Below are positions 38,309-50,700 of a DNA stretch of 64,000 bases, piece after piece (position 1 is the stretch's first letter; the number at the start of each line of letters is the position of its first letter). Where the stretch lies: positions 22,324-86,323 of the forward strand of contig MGKI01000004.1 of assembly GCA_001795615.1 (NCBI GenBank), read 5' to 3'. Below the pieces are notes generated by a model that was not told where the DNA came from, ran no database searches, and was given only the letters and a program-made list of their open reading frames with translations. The position numbers and the translations under genes were made by a program. Source of the DNA: Candidatus Yanofskybacteria bacterium RIFCSPLOWO2_01_FULL_42_49. Lineage in GTDB: Bacteria > Patescibacteriota > Minisyncoccia > 2-02-FULL-40-12 > GWA2-44-9.

Positions 38309-40339
38309 ATGAAAATAATCCGAGCCCGAGAAAGGATCCTTAAACTTCGAGAAATTATAAACCACCATCGGTATCTTTATCATGTCCTGGACAAGCAGGA
38401 GATATCGGACGAAGCGCTGGACTCCCTTAAAAAGGAGCTTTTTGATTTGGAACAGCAATTCCCGGAGCTAATCACCCCTGACTCACCGACACAAAGAGTT
38501 GGCGGCAAACCGCTTAAAGAATTTGCCAAAGTCAAACATCCTAAGCCGATGTTGTCGTTCAACGACGCTTTTGACAATAAAGATATGGGGGACTGGAAAG
38601 CGCGCTTTGAAAAAATACACCCCGGAGCAAGCAAGCACGGCTATTACTGTGAACTTAAAATCGATGGTTTGGCTATTGAGTTGACATACAAAAATGGATT
38701 TCTAAAAATCGGCTCAACCCGAGGAGACGGCCTGATAGGGGAGGATGTGACAACCAACTTGAGAACAATTGAAGCAATTCCTCTCAAGTTGGAAATTCCA
38801 AATTCCCTGCCTATCGGACAAACAGGTAAATTCCAAATTCCAAAAGAACTTGTTATAAGGGGGGAAACTTTTATAACAAAAAATGTTTTTGAAAATATAA
38901 ACAAAGAACAAAGAAAGGCTGGCCTTAAGTCATATGCTAATCCTCGCAATCTTGCCGCCGGTTCTGTCAGACAACTCGACCCGAAGATAACCGCCTCTCG
39001 CAATATGGACTCATTCGCTTACTCTCTCGTTACTGACCTAGGTCAGAAAACACACGAAGAGGAGCATCAGATATTAAAATCACTGGGATTCAAAACAAAT
39101 CCCCATAATAAATTCGCCAAAGACCTGGACGAAGTTCAAAAATTCAGAGACTACTGGGAAAAGCATCGCGACAAGTTAGACTACGAGATAGACGGCATCG
39201 TTGTCATCCTCAACGACGAGAAATCGTTCCAGCAGACAGGGGTAGTCGGCAAAGCTCCGCGAGGAGCAATAGCGTATAAATTCTCTCCTAAAGAATCCGA
39301 GACTGTGGTTGAAGATATAGTGGTACAAGTTGGACGGACCGGAGTGCTAACCCCTGTTGCAAAATTAAGGCCCGTGAATATAGGCGGAACAACTGTTTCC
39401 AGAGCAACCCTACACAATATAGACGAAATAAATCGACTGGAGCTGAAAATAGGGGATACGGTAATAGTTGGGAGGGCGGGCGATGTGATACCCGACATTA
39501 AAAAGGTCCTAAAAGAGCTCCGAACAGGAAAAGAAAAAGATTTTCATATGCCTTCAAAATGTCCTGCTTGCGGAGAATTAATTAGACAGACTCAGGATCA
39601 GGTCGCTTACAAGTGCGTTAATAAAAACTGCCCGGCCATAAAAAGAGAAGCAATATACCACTTTATTTCTAAAAAAGCTTTTGACATCGATGGCGTCGGA
39701 CCTAAGACAATAGACCAGTTGATGGATGCGGCCCTAATACACGATGCCGCAGACCTTTTCACCCTAAAGAAAGGAGACCTGCTAAATCTTGATAGATTTG
39801 CCGAGAAGTCCGCAGAGAACACCATAAAAGCTTTGCAGAACAAAAAGAATGTGTCTCTTGATAAATTCGTCTACTCGCTGGGCATTGATCATGTCGGCGA
39901 AGAAACAGCATTTACGCTGGCAAAAAAATTTAAAAAATTGGGCAATATTAAAAATGCACTGCTAGAAGAGTTCCAATCGGTGCCCGATGTAGGTCCAATA
40001 GTTGCCGAGAGTATCTACGGCTGGTTCCAAAAAAAATATAATCAGAATCTTATAGATAAATTTGAAAAATCAGGCGTTAGAATTCTGGAAGAAAAAACAT
40101 CGGCAAAATCTGAAAAACTTGCCGGCAAAACATTCGTCCTGACAGGTACGCTCGAAACACTAGGTCGAGACGAAGCGAAAGACAAAATACGAGAACTAGG
40201 CGGAGATGTATCTTCTTCTGTCTCTAAAAATACCGACTATGTCGTCGCCGGAACCGAACCCGGCTCTAAGTACAACCAAGCAAAAAACCTTGGAGTTAAG
40301 ATCGTGCATGAAAAAGAATTTTTAAAAATGTTAAAATAG
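38309..40339 (+). CDS. ligA: NAD-dependent DNA ligase
   Basis: Adenylation motif CELKIDG, OB fold, Zn finger CPACG..C..C, HhH, C-terminal BRCT; the ORF opens at 38273 but MKIIRARERI is the likely start. Confidence 0.9.
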   Translation: MKIIRARERILKLREIINHHRYLYHVLDKQEISDEALDSLKKELFDLEQQFPELITPDSPTQRVGGKPLKEFAKVKHPKPMLSFNDAFDNKDMGDWKARFEKIHPGASKHGYYCELKIDGLAIELTYKNGFLKIGSTRGDGLIGEDVTTNLRTIEAIPLKLEIPNSLPIGQTGKFQIPKELVIRGETFITKNVFENINKEQRKAGLKSYANPRNLAAGSVRQLDPKITASRNMDSFAYSLVTDLGQKTHEEEHQILKSLGFKTNPHNKFAKDLDEVQKFRDYWEKHRDKLDYEIDGIVVILNDEKSFQQTGVVGKAPRGAIAYKFSPKESETVVEDIVVQVGRTGVLTPVAKLRPVNIGGTTVSRATLHNIDEINRLELKIGDTVIVGRAGDVIPDIKKVLKELRTGKEKDFHMPSKCPACGELIRQTQDQVAYKCVNKNCPAIKREAIYHFISKKAFDIDGVGPKTIDQLMDAALIHDAADLFTLKKGDLLNLDRFAEKSAENTIKALQNKKNVSLDKFVYSLGIDHVGEETAFTLAKKFKKLGNIKNALLEEFQSVPDVGPIVAESIYGWFQKKYNQNLIDKFEKSGVRILEEKTSAKSEKLAGKTFVLTGTLETLGRDEAKDKIRELGGDVSSSVSKNTDYVVAGTEPGSKYNQAKNLGVKIVHEKEFLKMLK

Positions 40340-40358
40340 ATACAGACTATAGCTCACC

Positions 40359-40695
40359 ATGTTAACCAACAAGGAAGTACAACACATAGCCCAACTCGCT
40401 CGAATTAAGCTGACTGAAAAAGAGGAGGAGAAATTCAAAAATGAACTCTCTTCAATTTTAGATTACATCAAAAAACTAAACGAATTGAACACGGAAGATG
40501 TTAAGCCACTATATCAAACAACGGGCATAATTAACGCTTTAAGACCAGACGAACATCGTAGGGACTTTGAGACGGACGAAAACTTGAACGAAAAGCTTGT
40601 TGGCCAAGCACCACACACTCAAAACAGATTTGTTAAAGTCAAATCTGTTTTGAGTAAATCTCAAATCACAAATACCAAATCCCAAACAAATTCCA

Positions 40696-40703
<8 letters not shown>
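40359..40703 (+). CDS. gatC: Asp/Glu-tRNA(Asn/Gln) amidotransferase subunit C
   Basis: VQHIAQLARIKLTEKEEEKF...LDYIKKL. Confidence 0.8.
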
Positions 40704-42141
<1,438 letters not shown>

Positions 42142-42146
42142 AACTT

Positions 42147-42731
42147 ATGAACGAAGAGGTTGTGTCAAATACTTTAGCATCAATATATAACTTATCCGAA
42201 TTTCATATCGGTTCTTTTACTTTGGATAGTTTTTACGCCTACTTTTCCGGTTCAGCGACGATCGGTTTATTCAGTAATTTAAAAGTCCTCGGCGGGTTCT
42301 TGTCTTTAGTGTTATTTATATTGTTTTTAATAAACTTCATAAAAACGGACAAGCTTGTCAGAACAAGAATTAACTTCCTAAAGTCGCTGGCTCCGCCAAA
42401 ACCGACAGAAGAAAGTCCGCTTGGCTCAAGGTGGGAAGAAATACAAAAACACCTTAATTCCACCAAAGAAGCGGAGTGGAAGTTTGCCGTTATTGAAGCC
42501 GATGCTTTAGTGGATAGTTTACTTAAAGCCAGCGGTTACCCGGGAGATACGATGGGCGACCGGTTAAAAAACATAAATAAAGCTCAAATTGTAACCTTAG
42601 ACGGGTTGTGGGAAGCTCATAAAATAAGGAATCGGCTGGCTCATGACCTCAATTACTTCCTTCGCTACGGCGAAGCCAAACGCGCCATTCAACTCTACGA
42701 AAAAACCCTCAAGGAATTAAATGCTCTCTAA
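42147..42731 (+). CDS. Hypothetical membrane protein
   Basis: 194 aa, one TM (FLSLVLFILFLINFI). Confidence 0.5.
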   Translation: MNEEVVSNTLASIYNLSEFHIGSFTLDSFYAYFSGSATIGLFSNLKVLGGFLSLVLFILFLINFIKTDKLVRTRINFLKSLAPPKPTEESPLGSRWEEIQKHLNSTKEAEWKFAVIEADALVDSLLKASGYPGDTMGDRLKNINKAQIVTLDGLWEAHKIRNRLAHDLNYFLRYGEAKRAIQLYEKTLKELNAL

Positions 42732-42767
42732 AACTTCAAAACCTCCCATATGGGAGGTTTTGAGTTG

Positions 42768-42838
42768 TGGACCTACGGGGAGTCGAACCCCGTCCTGATC
42801 CATGCCATGGATCCGTCATACCGGTAGACTATAGGCCC
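42768..42838 (-). tRNA. tRNA-Ala (GGC)
   Basis: G3-U70 in acceptor GGGCCUA/UAGGUCC; anticodon stem GAUCC/GGAUC with loop AUGGCAU; T-arm CGGGG-UUCGACU-CCCCG. Confidence 0.8.
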
Positions 42839-42898
42839 TTAATTATTTGAAAAAATACCACGAAAATGATAGAATTTCAAGGTTATTATTTATATAAT

Positions 42899-42970
42899 GC
42901 CCTCGTAGTTCAATGGATAGAACGGAGGTTTCCTAAACCTTAAATCCATGTTCGACTCATGGCGAGGGCA
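42899..42970 (+). tRNA. tRNA-Arg (CCU)
   Basis: Acceptor GCCCUCG/CGAGGGC; anticodon loop UUCCUAA; T-arm CCAUG-UUCGACU-CAUGG. Confidence 0.85.
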
Positions 42971-43009
42971 CCTTCTTCGCTAAAGCTACGAAGTGCAAGC
43001 TAAAAAATA

Positions 43010-44443
43010 ATGCAATTACCACAAGAAGTAAAAAATATTTTAGAAAAGTTGTCTGAAGACGGTTATGAGGCCTACATCGTGGGCGGATGCGTGCGTGATT
43101 TGTTGTTAGGTAAAGAACCGAAGGATTGGGATATTACAACTAACGCCAAGCCGGAAGAGATACAAAAGGTATTTTCAGATACTGTTTACGAGAATAGCTT
43201 CGGGACTGTTGCAGTTAAAACAGATTCCGAAAATCCGGCCTTGGCGATAGTAGAGATAACGCCTTACCGTATCGAGGGAAAATATACGGACAAGAGACAT
43301 CCGGACGAGATTAGATTTGCGGATAAACTTGAAAACGACCTCTCTCGCAGGGATTTCACAATAAACGCACTGGCCATGAATGTTGATGGAAAAATTATTG
43401 ATAATTTTAACGGACAGAAAGACATAAAAAATAAAGTGATAAGAACCGTTGGAATTCCAAAAGAAAGATTTAGCGAGGATGCCTTGCGTTTGTTTCGAGC
43501 TGTTCGTTTTGCCACAATATTCGGCTTTAGCATAGAAGAAGGCACTTTGGCCGCCGTAAAAGAAAATGCCGAGTGGCTTCGTGCTATTTCAAAAGAAAGG
43601 ATAAGAGATGAATTTGTTAAAATAATCGAGGCTGATAACGCTTACGAAGGAATACTGTTGCTTGAAGAAACAGGTCTTCTGCAATACATACTCCCGGAAT
43701 TAAGAGAGGGTATCGGCGTGGGACAAAATTTACACCATATTTATACCGTATGGGAGCACAATATCCTGGCATTGAAATATGCCGCCAGGAAAAAATACTC
43801 TCTGGAAATCCGGCTCGGATCTTTGTTCCACGACATAGGCAAACCTAGAACAAAAAGAGGAGAAGGTAAATATTCAACCTTTTACGGACACGATGTTGTG
43901 GGCGCCAGAATAACGGCAGAAATAATGGAGCGGCTGCGGTTTTCTAAAGAGATTTCAGAAAAAGTCATTAAGTTGGTACGATACCACCTCTTTTACTATA
44001 ATGTCGGCGAAGTTACAGAATCGTCAGTAAGAAGATTGCTGACAAATGTCGGACCGGAAAATATTGAAGACTTGATCAGAGTAAGGGAGGGAGACAGAAT
44101 CGGTTCCGGAAGGCCAAAAGCAGTGCCATATAAACTTCGCCATTTGAAATATGTGATAGACAAAGTTTCTAATGATCCCATATCGGTCAAAATGCTCGAA
44201 ATCGATGGCAACGAGTTAATGAAAGAGCTAGGAGTAAAACCTGGACCAAAAGTCGGTCTTATATTAAACTACCTCCTTGCTGAAGTGCTGAGTGACCCCG
44301 CTAAAAATAAGAAAAATAGCCTTAAACAAAGAATTCATGAATTAGATAAAAAAACACCGGGGGAACTGAAAAAGGCGCTTGAACAAATAGAGAAAGCTAT
44401 CGAGGAGGAAGAAAAGGAAAGGATGAAAAAATATTATGTATAG
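43010..44443 (+). CDS. cca: CCA-adding tRNA nucleotidyltransferase with HD domain
   Basis: Pol-beta NTase head GGCVRDLLLG..DWD, C-terminal HD (HD..H...D). Confidence 0.85.
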   Translation: MQLPQEVKNILEKLSEDGYEAYIVGGCVRDLLLGKEPKDWDITTNAKPEEIQKVFSDTVYENSFGTVAVKTDSENPALAIVEITPYRIEGKYTDKRHPDEIRFADKLENDLSRRDFTINALAMNVDGKIIDNFNGQKDIKNKVIRTVGIPKERFSEDALRLFRAVRFATIFGFSIEEGTLAAVKENAEWLRAISKERIRDEFVKIIEADNAYEGILLLEETGLLQYILPELREGIGVGQNLHHIYTVWEHNILALKYAARKKYSLEIRLGSLFHDIGKPRTKRGEGKYSTFYGHDVVGARITAEIMERLRFSKEISEKVIKLVRYHLFYYNVGEVTESSVRRLLTNVGPENIEDLIRVREGDRIGSGRPKAVPYKLRHLKYVIDKVSNDPISVKMLEIDGNELMKELGVKPGPKVGLILNYLLAEVLSDPAKNKKNSLKQRIHELDKKTPGELKKALEQIEKAIEEEEKERMKKYYV

Positions 44444-44870
44444 AATAAAAATCAAAAGATTTGATAAAAACTTTCCCTTACCGGAATACAAGACAAAAGG
44501 AGCGGCCGGTGTGGATTTTTCAACTCGGGAAACCATAACCGTCAAGCCCGGAAAGATTGGCGTCATACCGCTCAATCTGGCAGTAGCAATACCCAAAGGC
44601 CACTTCATGCTGTTATGCGCCCGCAGTTCTACTTACAAGCTTGGCCTCACGATGATAAACGGTGTCGGCGTCATTGATTCTGACTTTTGCGGAGATGGGG
44701 ATGAATTTAAATTTGCGGTTCAAAATTTCACCAAAAAGACCGTAACCGTTGAAAGGGGGACTCGCATCGCCCAAGGGATATTTGTAAAATTCACTCGTGC
44801 TACATGGCAAGAGGTGGGAAAAATGAAAGCCAAAACACGCGGGGGATTTGGAAGTACGGGAAATAAGTAA
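44436..44870 (+). CDS. dut: dUTP diphosphatase
   Basis: dUTPase beta-barrel motifs (KGAAGVDFS, GVIDSDF, RIAQ). Confidence 0.75.
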   Translation: MYRIKIKRFDKNFPLPEYKTKGAAGVDFSTRETITVKPGKIGVIPLNLAVAIPKGHFMLLCARSSTYKLGLTMINGVGVIDSDFCGDGDEFKFAVQNFTKKTVTVERGTRIAQGIFVKFTRATWQEVGKMKAKTRGGFGSTGNK

Positions 44871-44923
44871 ATACTAGTAAAGTCGTTGAAAATCTGCTAA
44901 GATAGGGCCGGATTTTCAGTTTT

Positions 44924-44995
44924 CAGGCCGTAGTGTACCGGCAACACGCTATCCTCGGGCGATAGAGATAGAGGGTTCGATTCCCTCCGGCCTGA
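44924..44995 (+). tRNA. tRNA-Pro (CGG)
   Basis: Acceptor CAGGCCG/CGGCCUG, D-stem GUGU/ACAC, anticodon stem CUAUC/GAUAG with loop CUCGGGC, T-arm GAGGG-UUCGAUU-CCCUC. Confidence 0.8.
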
Positions 44996-45037
44996 CTTGG
45001 TGTTTATAACTTTAAGTTCAAAAACTTCCATGCTGAC

Positions 45038-45940
45038 TTGTTCTTTGATATAATGACAGAGATGTTATCGACGGTAAAAGTTAGGTGTCATTTTTGTCGT
45101 AAACCATTCCTGACAAAAAAGGCTTATTTTGTTTTTAATAAAGAGGTCGGTTATCATTCATTTTGTTCCAAGGAGTGCGGATACAACCATAGAAAAACCG
45201 GTAAATGGCTCATCTGCGGAAACCCTAATTGCGAGAAAAAAATTTATAGAAACTTGGCTGGCATCTCTCCGTTCAACTATTGTTCCAAGTCTTGTGCCGC
45301 AATAGTTAACAATCAAAAATATCCCAAACATCCTCCGAGATATTGTGCATATTCTGGATGCAAGAACATGGTAAAAAGAGTCGGGTCTCCTTTTTGCTCT
45401 ATAAAATGCGGCAAACTAAGCAAGTTTAAATACACCAAAGAAGAAATCGTCACCTTAATTAAAGAACATGTCGCTAAAACAAATAGGGTACCCCCAAAAA
45501 GGGAGGTTCCTGAAATATCACACAAAGCCATACATTTATTTGGTTCGTGGAACAATGCTCTTACCATTGCCGGTTTAATACCCAACCGTTCTCACAACAA
45601 TAGAATGTATAAACGTCTGAATGGAAAAGCAGCAGATGGGCATCTCTGCGATTCTGTTTCAGAAATACTTATTGATAACTGGCTGCACAAGAATAAAGTT
45701 AAGCACTCAAGAAATGTACCGTATCCAAAAACTAATCATGTTGCGGACTGGGCAGTAAACAACGACAAGGTTTTTGTTGAATACTTTGGACTTGCTAACG
45801 ACAGTCCAAGATATGACCGCACAATAAAAGAAAAGAAATTGCTGTGCAGAAATAACCGAATCAAACTAATTGAAATATATCCAAAAGATCTGTATCCTAA
45901 AAACTTACTCGACAAAAGATTGTTTCCCGTTTTAAAATAG
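45038..45940 (+). CDS. Multi-zinc-ribbon protein with a homing-endonuclease-associated repeat and a C-terminal Vsr/DUF559-like PD-(D/E)xK nuclease domain
   Basis: Four CxxC...CSKxC units; FGSWNNALTIAGL (HE-associated repeat); C-terminal ADWAV..VFVEYFG..YDRTIKEKKLLCRNNRIKLIEI (DUF559-like). Confidence 0.6.
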   Translation: MFFDIMTEMLSTVKVRCHFCRKPFLTKKAYFVFNKEVGYHSFCSKECGYNHRKTGKWLICGNPNCEKKIYRNLAGISPFNYCSKSCAAIVNNQKYPKHPPRYCAYSGCKNMVKRVGSPFCSIKCGKLSKFKYTKEEIVTLIKEHVAKTNRVPPKREVPEISHKAIHLFGSWNNALTIAGLIPNRSHNNRMYKRLNGKAADGHLCDSVSEILIDNWLHKNKVKHSRNVPYPKTNHVADWAVNNDKVFVEYFGLANDSPRYDRTIKEKKLLCRNNRIKLIEIYPKDLYPKNLLDKRLFPVLK

Positions 45941-46010
45941 GGCCCGTCGTATAGTGGCAATACGTAGCATTCGCATTGCTAAAACGCGGTTTCGATTACC
46001 GCCGGGTCCA
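45940..46010 (+). tRNA. tRNA-Ala (CGC)
   Basis: G3-U70 in acceptor GGGCCCG/CGGGUCC; anticodon stem UAGCA/UGCUA with loop UUCGCAU; T-arm GCGGU-UUCGAUU-ACCGC. Confidence 0.8.
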
Positions 46011-46149
46011 CAACGTGTGATAAATCAGCAGACGACTGCTCATCTATCGAGTAAATAAGCCCTAATTTGGCGGTTCCAAATCCGCTAATTTTCAGTTTTA
46101 AAAAACTGGTAAGAAATAGGCCTTTTGGAACCATAAAATTTCAACTCTG

Positions 46150-47121
46150 TTGTTTTTTTCAACAGCTAGTATAGATTTATACATCGTTAGTATTTTGAAA
46201 ATTGGAGGAATATTGAAAAATAGAACAGCTATTATCGTGCATGGCGGTGCTATCAAGGGAGCATTTGCCGCTGGTGTAATGTATTATTTATCTAGGATCG
46301 GAATACAAGCCGCGGATATTATTGTAGGTACATCTTCATGTGTTCCAACTGCAGCGTATTTTACCAGCAGACAATTTGAGTTTATAAAGAATATCTGGCT
46401 TCGCGAGGTTGGTTCTAAAGATTTTATTAACCGCTTCAATCTATTGGCAGGCAAACCAATTTTCAATTTACCCCACCTCATTAACACTGTTTTTCAACAG
46501 AGATATCCCTTAAATGTAGGGGATATTGTCGGATCAGAGTCATTATTTCTAGTTCCACTTTATAACTATCGGGAGGGGCGAGTAGAATTTATTAATAATC
46601 GCCAGGAGCAGTTTAAAAAGGACTCCTGGAAAGTTCTCCAGGCAGCACTAACTGTTCACGACCAAGATATTGTACGAGAAGAGGGGCTGGAACAATTTGT
46701 AGATGCTGATCTCGACCCATTTGCTTTGTACCGACAACAAGTCATCCCGAATGGACATAACGTTCTAGTAGTCATTAATCACAAAGACTTAGATTATACC
46801 CTAAAACGGTGGCTGGGTGTGCGAATTTATCGTCTTCTGCAATCAAAACACTTCCCAGATGGAGTAAAAGATAAGTTAAAAGATCGAGGTGAACTAATCA
46901 AAAGTGGATTGAAACTTTTTCAAAAATTTGAAGAAGACTATCGACCTATCCTCATCAGCCCACCAGAAACGATGAACTTAAATACGAGCACATTAATTAC
47001 TAGAAATAAAGATAGGCTTAATTACTTATTCGAGATGGGGGTAAGATCGGTTATGGATATAGACAAGCAAGTTTTGTCAGATTTTGTTTCTAGGTCACAA
47101 GAATTGCTAAATACTTCTTAA
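46150..47121 (+). CDS. Patatin-like phospholipase family protein (degenerate serine elbow); likely TTG start near 46213 after GGAGG
   Basis: HGGAIKGAF (GGxK/RG oxyanion motif), GTSSC in place of GxSxG, later Asp-rich DADLD. Confidence 0.5.
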   Translation: MFFSTASIDLYIVSILKIGGILKNRTAIIVHGGAIKGAFAAGVMYYLSRIGIQAADIIVGTSSCVPTAAYFTSRQFEFIKNIWLREVGSKDFINRFNLLAGKPIFNLPHLINTVFQQRYPLNVGDIVGSESLFLVPLYNYREGRVEFINNRQEQFKKDSWKVLQAALTVHDQDIVREEGLEQFVDADLDPFALYRQQVIPNGHNVLVVINHKDLDYTLKRWLGVRIYRLLQSKHFPDGVKDKLKDRGELIKSGLKLFQKFEEDYRPILISPPETMNLNTSTLITRNKDRLNYLFEMGVRSVMDIDKQVLSDFVSRSQELLNTS

Positions 47122-47228
47122 ATACCCAATGTGGGTATTTTTGTTTTATAAGATATAGTGAGTGGCGGGGTAGGGTAAGAACTTACAACAACATTGTAAA
47201 TCCGAGTTTAATTTGCTATGATTGCTCT

Positions 47229-47453
47229 ATGAAGAGAATCATTCAATTCCACATCTCCAAGGGTGATAAATACTATACTGCCGAAGGGGTTGATTTACCT
47301 GTAGTTACCCAGGGTAAAACCTTAGATGAATTAGCGGTAAATATTCAGGAGGCAGTTGACCTGCATTTAGAGGGCGAGAATCCTGCTGATTTTGACATTG
47401 CTCCGAATCCCTCTGTTTTGATGAATTTTGAACTTCCTCAGATTCATGCCTAG
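47229..47453 (+). CDS. hicB: HicB family antitoxin (UPF0150)
   Basis: 74 aa RNase-H-like fold typical of small HicB; overlaps hicA. Confidence 0.6.
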   Translation: MKRIIQFHISKGDKYYTAEGVDLPVVTQGKTLDELAVNIQEAVDLHLEGENPADFDIAPNPSVLMNFELPQIHA

Positions 47454-47688
47454 ACTCAAGGTCTTATCAGGTGAAAATGTGATAAAGATTCTTGAGTCTT
47501 TTAATTTTGCCATAATTTCCCAGAAGGGCAGTCATGTTAAACTTCGTAGAACCATAAAGAAAAATAATCAAACACTTACTATCCCCAATCACAAAGAGTT
47601 AGATAGGGGAACTCTTCGGGCCATTTTTAATCAGGCTTCAAAATACATCTCCGAATCAGAACTCATGCCCCATTTTTATAATGAGTAA
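47446..47688 (+). CDS. hicA: HicA family mRNA interferase toxin
   Basis: GSHVKLRR...TIPNHKELDRGTLRAIFNQA (HicA/YcfA motif). Confidence 0.7.
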   Translation: MPRLKVLSGENVIKILESFNFAIISQKGSHVKLRRTIKKNNQTLTIPNHKELDRGTLRAIFNQASKYISESELMPHFYNE

Positions 47689-47759
47689 AGTTTGAATTTG
47701 TTGCCAGACTTTCAATTCTTCGATAAGCTGGTTCCAGTTGAGTCTCACGAAGTCCACCA

Positions 47760-50700
47760 ATGGATAAAATTTTCTACGACTTAAACGACAAGCAAGCCGA
47801 GGCCGTCAAAATAATTGACGGCCCGGTTTTAGTTATTTCTGGTCCAGGTTCGGGAAAGACCAAATGTCTTACTCACAGAGTCGCGCACCTAATTTCTACG
47901 GGCGTAAAACCCGAAAACATTCTTTGCCTGACCTTCACCAACAAGGCGGCCGGTGAGATGCGAGAACGAGTTTCTCGCTTACTTGAGGTTAAACCTCAAT
48001 TTAGCAGGGGACTAATTTTTGCGACTCCACTTATTGGGACATTCCACTCCATCGGCCTCAAAATTTTACGGCGAGAAATTCACCATCTCAATTACAGAAG
48101 CAACTTCACTATTTTTGATGCTGACGACCAGAAAAGTTTAGTCAAAAGAATAATCGCCGAGCTAGAGTTAGATAGTAAAAAAACCAACCCTAGCGCCGTA
48201 CTTTCCAGAATATCACGCCTAAAAACAGAATTTATTGAACCTAAAGACGCGCCTTCAGAAGAATTTTTTGAGAAAGTGGTGGGCAATATCTATAAGCGCT
48301 ACCAAGAAGAGTTAAAAAATCTTAACGCCGTTGATTTTGACGACCTCATTGTTCTTTGTGTGAAGATCTTTCAACAAAATTCGGAAACACTGAAAAAATA
48401 TCAGAATCTATGGAAATATATGCTCGTTGACGAGTATCAAGACACGAGCCGAGACCAATATGAATTTATATCCCTCCTAGCCAAGGCCAATCGCAATCTT
48501 TTTTGTATTGGAGACGACGCCCAGTGTTTACCGCCAAAGACCGAAGTTAAAACGGAAAAAGGGTTTAAAAATATTGAAGATATAGGGGTTGGGGAGACCA
48601 TATTGTCGCCAGCTGGCCTTGGGAATACATGCTATGCAATGGTTACAGGAACAAAAAAACGTTACTACAAGGGCCCTTTGCTGGAAATACAAACAAAACT
48701 TGGTTACAAACTAAGAAGTACACCCAACCATGTCACTTTCGGTAAGTTATTGCCGTCAAAAAACTTTTTCATTACTTATCTTATGTTCTCTGAAAAAATT
48801 GGCTACAGAATCGGCATAACTGTCGGTGAACGACATCCAAAAAGCAGTAAGCCGGCACTGGGACTGAATGTCAGAGCAAATCAGGAAAAGTCGGACAAAA
48901 TGTGGATACTTAAAATATCTCCCAGCCGCGCAGACGCTCAATATTGGGAAGCATACTATGCTTATAAATATGGCATCCCAACCACCATATTTTTCGCGGA
49001 TCGGGGCAAGGGAGTAAGTAACAAGATGATTTTAACGCAGAAACATATAGATAATTTGTATAAAGCGATACCCTCCGCGGAAAGAGCGGCAAACTTAATG
49101 CTGGACGAATATATTTATCACGAATATCCTCACCACAGACCCCAAGCAACCGTGAGATATCAAACAAGAAGAATAGCGGTTAACTTAAACTACTTTGGAG
49201 CAGCCCCCGGACCACATATAAAAAACTCCTTATTCAGAGGTGCCAGGGTAAGCATTAACAATAGAAACGAAGATATTAAAAAACTACTAATCAAAGAAGG
49301 GTTTAATACCAGAAAAGGTAAGGCAAGCACGTGGCGCGTGGAAACTTCCAGGAGAGACAATGGCGACGCTGAATTATTGGCGCAAAAATTAAGTTCACTG
49401 TGCAACGTAGAAATATCTAAAAATGCGCTAATTACTGACTTAAGATTTAGCTTTCTGCCGACCTCTCAAATACATCCTCACATGACAATCCCCGTATTTA
49501 ACGGAAATAAAATAATTAACGATGAGGTAGTGGGAGTTAAAAAAACAAATTACAGCGGTTTTGTATACGACTTAAATATTAAAAGAACCCACACCTTTAT
49601 TGCTGACAACTTTCCTGTTCATAATTCGATTTACCAGTTTCGTCGAGCTGACATAAGAAACATACTTAACTTTCAAAAGGATTATCCTGACGCGAAGGTC
49701 GTAATGCTGGAACAAAACTACCGTTCAACCAAAAGCATCATCACCGCCGCTAGCCACTTGATAGCTAATAATAAAAATCAAGTATCCAAAGAGTTGTGGA
49801 CCGATAACAACGAGGGAGAGAAAATATTGGCCAAAGAACTTCTGAATGAACGGCAAGAAGCAGGTTTTATTGTATCCACAGTTAGAGACATGGTCAAAAA
49901 GGGGCGCAAACCAAATGACTTCGTGGTCTTATATCGCACCCATGCCCAATCCAGAGCTGTGGAGGAAGCACTCATATCAGCAGGATTTCCTTATCATATA
50001 GTCGGGGGCATCAAGTTCTATGAAAGAAAGGAAATTAAAGACATTCTTGCTTATCTTAAATTTCTAACAAACCCGGCTGATATCATCAGCTTTGAGAGAA
50101 TATATAATGTCCCTCCGCGGGGGATAGGAGCTGCTCTGCTAGAGAAAATCACAAAACGCCCCAGTACCAGAGCAGAGAACGGTACGGGGCACAGCAAATC
50201 ACAAAACACAAATAAAAACTCAAACGTTGACTTAAGAAAAAACCTAAAAGAAATGACGAGCAGTAAAGAACTCTCAAAAAGACAGCATGAGGCTATTAAA
50301 AGTTTTCACATCCTGTTAGAAGAAATAGCTAAGGAGGCCGACAAAAGCAAACTGACAAACTTAATAAAACATGTCATCAAATCAACCGATTACGAGAAAT
50401 ACTTAAAAGAAACATGGGCACCGGAAAACGCTGAAGAACGGCTGGAAAACCTTAAAGAACTTCTCACTGTCGCCAGAAAATACGATCCGCCGGCTGGCGG
50501 ACGCGAATCATGTTATGAAGGAATGGTTAGATTTCTTGAAGAGATTGCTTTGCTTCAAGATATGGACCGCGTTAAAAATACCGATAACAAAATAACTTTG
50601 ATGACCACCCACGCTTCCAAGGGCCTTGAATTCCCGGTTGTCTTTATCATTGGTCTTGAAGAAGGGTTGTTCCCTCACTCGAGAACGCTTTTTTATCCTG

